Shown: positions 59,868 to 64,000 of the stretch, in pieces | How the letters are laid out: each line of letters begins with the position of its first letter | Numbering within the stretch: position 1 is the stretch's first letter | Source of the DNA: Calditrichia bacterium | GTDB lineage: Bacteria > Calditrichota > Calditrichia > JAJRVZ01 | Assembly (NCBI GenBank): GCA_963777955.1 | Contig: CAVZSQ010000026.1 | Span: 26,457 to 90,456 of the forward strand | Reading direction: 5' to 3' | Length of the DNA stretch: 64,000 nt | Notes under the pieces: model-generated | Database searches by the model: none | What the model was told of the DNA's origin: nothing | What the model saw: the letters and a program-made list of their open reading frames with translations, nothing else | Position numbers and translations under genes: made by a program

Positions 59868-61313
59868 ATGGATCAGAACCAGACTGAGCACCGCGTTATG
59901 ATAAAACCTTTAATAACTTTCTTAAATATATTAAAATGGAAAGGTCATCACTGGTTACCCGGCTATTATTCCTGGTGGCAGGAGAATAAAAAAATTTCCA
60001 GGACCGGGAACATCCAGGTAATGTTTCTGGTGGTTGATCATTTTGAGCCGTCCAGGAAAAAAGGAGCGCTGGGTGTGCAGGAATTGCGGGAATGGTGTGA
60101 AAAATATGCTGAAATTGCCGCCAGGCATACCGATCCCGATGGTACACATCCCCAGCATACCTGGTTTTATCGTTATGATTATCCTAATTTTGAATGTATA
60201 AAGATATTGAGTGAATATGTATTCAAAGGATTCGGTGAAATCGAATTTCACCTGCATCACGGTAACGACACTGCTGAAACTTTTGAAAAAAAGATCAAAG
60301 AAGGGGTTGAATGGTTTAACCGCTGCGGAGCGATGATAACTGCCGGCGAGATACAGCAGAAGTTCTTTGCCTACATTGCCGGCAACTGGGCGCTGGATAA
60401 CGGCAGGCGCAATCCGGAATTCAGCGGTGTAAATACCGAACTGGCCATACTGAACAAATATAATTGTTACGCTGATTTTACCTTCCCGGCTTTTGCTACG
60501 AATGCTCAACCCCGGCAGGTCAATTCACTATATTATGCCCAGGATGATCCGGGGCCAAAATCCTATAACACCGGCATTAAAATGAAAGTCGGCGGCCAGA
60601 AAAGCGGGGACCTGCTTATTTTTGAAGGACCTTTGTATGTGGACTGGAATTCCAGAAATATAGAATATGCTTCTTTCGAAAATTTCACTCCTTATAATCC
60701 CCGCAGGATTCAATACTGGTATAAGTCCGGTATTCATGTGCAGGGCAGACCGGAGTGGATATTTATTAAATTACATACTCATGGTATGCAAAGCCGGGAT
60801 ACATTTCTGAGCGACCAATTGCACCGACTTTGCACCGATTTGAAACAATGGTCCAGCGAAAATGGTATTGGCCTGCATTATGTCTCAGCCCGGGAGGCCT
60901 ATAATATTGCCAAAGCTGCCGAAGCAGGTCAAAGCGGCAATCCTGCAGCGTACCGGGACTATATTATCAACAAACCAGTGAACCGGCTTTTGTATTGCTC
61001 ACAACCGATGAGAATCGAAAAAATGACTGCCCAACAGGCTATTATTCATCTGGAGAATAATGGTCATGCTGCGCAAACAACCGAATTAAGATTCAACCAG
61101 GGGCTGCTGGCCGGAATCGAGGGTTACGGGATAAAATGCATCGAATACCTGGTGGATGGTCAGTCAACACTGCGACTCAAAATTGACGGGGCAGGGCAGG
61201 GAAAAATTCGTTTCCATAAGGACTACCGCTTGAAATCATCTCAGACTCCTGATCCAGTCAATTTTCCACTGGATGAACGATACGAATTGGTAAAAAACCA
61301 GCAGGGATCTTAA
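59868..61313 (+). CDS. hypothetical protein (last gene of the polysaccharide locus)
   Basis: Long ORF with coding-like composition. I recognise no family. Conserved-looking His/Asp-rich segments are VVDHFEP, EIEFHLHHGNDT, IAGNWALDNG and IKLHTHGMQ. The start is uncertain (TTG 59829, ATG 59868 or ATG 59898). Confidence 0.5.
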   Translation: MDQNQTEHRVMIKPLITFLNILKWKGHHWLPGYYSWWQENKKISRTGNIQVMFLVVDHFEPSRKKGALGVQELREWCEKYAEIAARHTDPDGTHPQHTWFYRYDYPNFECIKILSEYVFKGFGEIEFHLHHGNDTAETFEKKIKEGVEWFNRCGAMITAGEIQQKFFAYIAGNWALDNGRRNPEFSGVNTELAILNKYNCYADFTFPAFATNAQPRQVNSLYYAQDDPGPKSYNTGIKMKVGGQKSGDLLIFEGPLYVDWNSRNIEYASFENFTPYNPRRIQYWYKSGIHVQGRPEWIFIKLHTHGMQSRDTFLSDQLHRLCTDLKQWSSENGIGLHYVSAREAYNIAKAAEAGQSGNPAAYRDYIINKPVNRLLYCSQPMRIEKMTAQQAIIHLENNGHAAQTTELRFNQGLLAGIEGYGIKCIEYLVDGQSTLRLKIDGAGQGKIRFHKDYRLKSSQTPDPVNFPLDERYELVKNQQGS

Positions 61314-61362
61314 TTGTTCTTTACATTAGAAAAGTTAACGATACAAGAAAGACGGTTATAAG

Positions 61363-64000
61363 ATGAAAAAGATCTTTCTGCTCTTGTCATTAATCTTCGT
61401 TGCCAATTTGGCTGCTAAAGATGTAACGGGTAATCAGGAAGGTGTCTGGAAATTAACCGATTCCCCTGTACGAATTGTAGGGGATGTAACCATCCAGGCC
61501 GGTGATACTTTAACCATCGAGCCGGGCGTGATTGTCAATTTTAGCGGCGATGTCCCTCCCAACTGGTTGTCCATCTACAGGATAAATATTTACGGAACCC
61601 TGCTGGCCCGGGGTACCTTTGAAGATTCGATTATATTTAAACATGAAACCTCCGGCCGGCGGCACTCTTCCCTGGATATCCTGGATGCAACTACTGTTTC
61701 AGTATTTGAATATTGTCGTATACAGGACGGTGGACATGATAATGTTCAATCCAGAGGCGGGGCAATTTTCGTTCAAAACTCATCTCCACTTATCAAAAAC
61801 TGTACTTTTTATAATAATTATGGATTATGGGGCGGAGCTGTTTATCTGTTATATAGTTCGGCAGCAATAATTGAGTCAAATCTTTTTCTAAACAACCATG
61901 CGAGCAACCTGGGCGGGGCAGTCGGCTGTAATGCCTATGATAGTAGTTACAGTAATACTCCTATGATCAGGAATAATATATTTGTTTCAAACTCCGATAC
62001 AACCTATGGGGGTGGTGCTCTAAGTTTTTATACCCACATCAAGGCGAACGTGATAAATAATGTATTTTATAATAACCATGTTGCCACGGGCAGTGGAGGA
62101 GCAATACTGCTATACGAGCGTTATAATAATGTTAATGTTTCCAACTGTGTATTTTGGGGTAATACTGCCGGCAGCCCGGGCAGTCAAATTTATGTGGCGG
62201 GTACGGATACTTTGAATATCGATTATTCAAATATTGAAGGAGGAGCCACAGGTATCGCCGGAACCGGTTTGATCAATTACGGAAGTCACAATATAAATAA
62301 TGATCCCCTTTTTACCAATCCTGGCGGTAATGATTTTCAGTTTGAGGCCAATTCGCCTTTACTGGATGCGGGTACCAGCACTGCTGCACCGGCGACGGAT
62401 TTTTATGGTAATGCCCGGCCCTTTGACGGCGACCGGGATAATAGCGCAGAGTATGATATCGGTGCCTATGAATACCAGAATACCGCCCCACAGATTACAT
62501 CAACAGCGGTTTTGAATGCAACGGAAGATGTAGCTTACAGTTACCAGGTGGTGGCCAGCGACCCCGATTACGGGGATGATTTGACTTACTCATTACCCAC
62601 GGCACCGGCGTTTCTTACAATTAATCCGTCAACCGGTTTGATCTCCGGAACCCCGGCCAATGAAGATGTCGGTTCTCGACCCGTTATTGTGCGGGTTGTG
62701 GATTTAAACGATGCGCCAGCCACGCAGCCATATACCCTGACGATAACTAATGTCAATGATCCACCAGTGGTCGCTGATATTCCCAACCAAACGATTAATG
62801 AAGGTGCAACATTTACAACGATTAATCTGGACAATTATGTATCGGATGTTGATAATACTGGTGCCCAGATCGATTGGGGATATTCGGGAAATGTCAGTCT
62901 GATCGTAGATATCAATCCGTCTATGCGTAGAGCCACGATTTCCACACCGGACGCTAACTGGTTTGGAAATGAGACCATTACTTTTACGGCCACAGACCCG
63001 GGACTTTTGACCGATAATGATGCGGCCGCTTTTATAGTGAGATCGGTTAATGATGCCCCGGTGGCAGTTAATGATGCAGTAACGACAGATGAAGATACGC
63101 CGGTAGTTATAGATGTTTTAGACAACGATGGTGATGTTGATGGGACACTGATAGTTTCCACCGTAACTCCGACCGATCCACCACATGGTTCAGCCACGGT
63201 CAATCCTTCAACCGGAGTGATCACTTATTCGCCGGATGCTAATTATGGTGGTTCGGATTCATTCACCTACACGGTGCGTGATGACAGCAACGCCGTATCG
63301 AATGTAGCCACGGTAAATGTCACGGTGAACCCGGTCAACGATGCACCGGTAGTGACTGATATACTGAACCAGTCGGTAGCGGAGGGGAGTAGTTTTGCGA
63401 CGATTAATCTGGATGATCATGTGAGCGATGCCGAGACTGCCGACGCCGATATAATCTGGACCTACAGCGGGAATACTGATCTGACCGTGTCGATTGTGAA
63501 CCGGGTAGTTACAATTACTGCACCAAACGGGGAGTGGAACGGGAGTGAGACGATCACCTTCCGGGCTACCGATTTGGCAGGATCGTATGATACGGATGCT
63601 GCGATGTTCACAGTCACAATGTTAAGCGATGCACCGGTGGTTAGCGATATACCGAACCAGTCGATAGCGGAGGGGAGTAGTTTCACGGCAATTACCCTGG
63701 ACAATTATGTAAGCGATGTGGATAACAGTGATGCAGAAATGACCTGGAGTTACAGCGGGAATACGGATCTGACCGTTTCGATTGTTAACAGGGTGGCGAC
63801 GATATCTCCAGCGAACGGGGAATGGAACGGGAGCGAGACGATCACCTTCCGGGCCACAGATCCTGATAACTTATTCGATAGCGATGAAGCAACGTTTACG
63901 GTCACGGCGGTGAACGATGCGCCGGTGCTAACGGATATTCCGAACCAGATCGTGACAGAGGGGGGCGGTTTTGTCACGATCACCCTGGATAACTATGTGA
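61363..64000 (+). CDS. large secreted surface protein: beta-helix region + cadherin/Ig-like domains + 96-aa tandem repeats (3' end beyond the window)
   Basis: It is absent from the ORF track because it has no stop, but I read the frame open from ATG 61363 to the window end. Signal peptide MKKIFLLLSLIFVANLAA, G/N-rich beta-helix repeats, a LTYSL...INPSTGLISGTP cadherin-like module, VNDAVTTDEDTPVVIDVLDNDGDVDG, then repeats of NDAPVV.DIPNQ...EG..F..I.LD.YVSD. Confidence 0.8.
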   Translation, partial: MKKIFLLLSLIFVANLAAKDVTGNQEGVWKLTDSPVRIVGDVTIQAGDTLTIEPGVIVNFSGDVPPNWLSIYRINIYGTLLARGTFEDSIIFKHETSGRRHSSLDILDATTVSVFEYCRIQDGGHDNVQSRGGAIFVQNSSPLIKNCTFYNNYGLWGGAVYLLYSSAAIIESNLFLNNHASNLGGAVGCNAYDSSYSNTPMIRNNIFVSNSDTTYGGGALSFYTHIKANVINNVFYNNHVATGSGGAILLYERYNNVNVSNCVFWGNTAGSPGSQIYVAGTDTLNIDYSNIEGGATGIAGTGLINYGSHNINNDPLFTNPGGNDFQFEANSPLLDAGTSTAAPATDFYGNARPFDGDRDNSAEYDIGAYEYQNTAPQITSTAVLNATEDVAYSYQVVASDPDYGDDLTYSLPTAPAFLTINPSTGLISGTPANEDVGSRPVIVRVVDLNDAPATQPYTLTITNVNDPPVVADIPNQTINEGATFTTINLDNYVSDVDNTGAQIDWGYSGNVSLIVDINPSMRRATISTPDANWFGNETITFTATDPGLLTDNDAAAFIVRSVNDAPVAVNDAVTTDEDTPVVIDVLDNDGDVDGTLIVSTVTPTDPPHGSATVNPSTGVITYSPDANYGGSDSFTYTVRDDSNAVSNVATVNVTVNPVNDAPVVTDILNQSVAEGSSFATINLDDHVSDAETADADIIWTYSGNTDLTVSIVNRVVTITAPNGEWNGSETITFRATDLAGSYDTDAAMFTVTMLSDAPVVSDIPNQSIAEGSSFTAITLDNYVSDVDNSDAEMTWSYSGNTDLTVSIVNRVATISPANGEWNGSETITFRATDPDNLFDSDEATFTVTAVNDAPVLTDIPNQIVTEGGGFVTITLDNYV
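63337..64000 (+). repeat. in-frame 288-bp tandem repeats inside the surface-protein gene
   Basis: Units are 63337-63624, 63625-63912 and 63913 onward, roughly 80% identical by eye at the DNA level. A more diverged copy begins near 62755. Confidence 0.85.

Noticed and set aside
59955-60509. 184-aa minus-strand ORF
   Set aside because: It is antisense to the longer plus-strand ORF 59868-61313, which continues the operon orientation.
62586-63983. Minus-strand ORFs 62586-62834, 62835-63224, 63462-63704 and 63750-63983 (Ser/Thr/Val-rich, themselves repetitive)
   Set aside because: They are antisense to the open-ended surface-protein gene. Their repetitiveness simply mirrors the 288-bp repeats.

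Overview
This is a 64-kb chromosomal segment from an anaerobic bacterium. Gene content (PorV-like OMP, selenocysteine machinery, Flx/Hdr-type redox module) hints at an FCB-group or candidate-phylum lineage, but that is inference only. Roughly 1-12.7 kb holds housekeeping genes (PASTA-protein 3' end, rpe, yicC, gmk, coaBC), an hdrC-hdrB-hdrA-mvhD cluster followed by three Flx-like Fe-S/flavin subunits, and idi. The most unusual feature is at 12.8-14.5 kb: an ORF-free intergenic region of about 1.9 kb packed with 31 copies of a 14-nt G/C palindrome (GTCCC-N3/4-GGGAC). The copies lie every 51-54 bp in two head-to-head blocks of 105-106-bp dimeric tandem repeats. The linkers are themselves repeated, so this is not a CRISPR array, and there are no cas genes. 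From 14.6 to 34.8 kb come a lipoprotein amidase, selB-selA, corC-ybeY-pgpH, panD, ftsB, an OMP, two paralogous cNMP-binding/DUF4388-like proteins behind a perfect 26-bp palindrome, LOG, tgt, yajC, fmt, an HD-GYP response regulator and a secreted Ig-like protein. From 35.1 to 61.3 kb runs a single-strand exopolysaccharide locus of about 26 kb. It encodes a priming transferase, a STAS protein, Wza-like and Wzc-like proteins, AsnB-like amidotransferase + AMP-ligase + ACP, 5 glycosyltransferases including a QxxRW synthase type, 2 deacetylases, a Wzy/ligase-like protein, Wzx, an acetyltransferase, a beta-helix protein, and an Asp-racemase + ATP-grasp + CapK-like ligase set. The window ends inside a large repeat-rich beta-helix/cadherin-like surface protein that is absent from the ORF track because it has no stop in the window. 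At least 12 otherwise intact genes show apparent 1-nt frameshifts, and one GNAT-like gene has about 4. This looks more like indel errors in the assembly than biology, but it needs checking. No tRNA, rRNA, transposase or cas gene was recognised.
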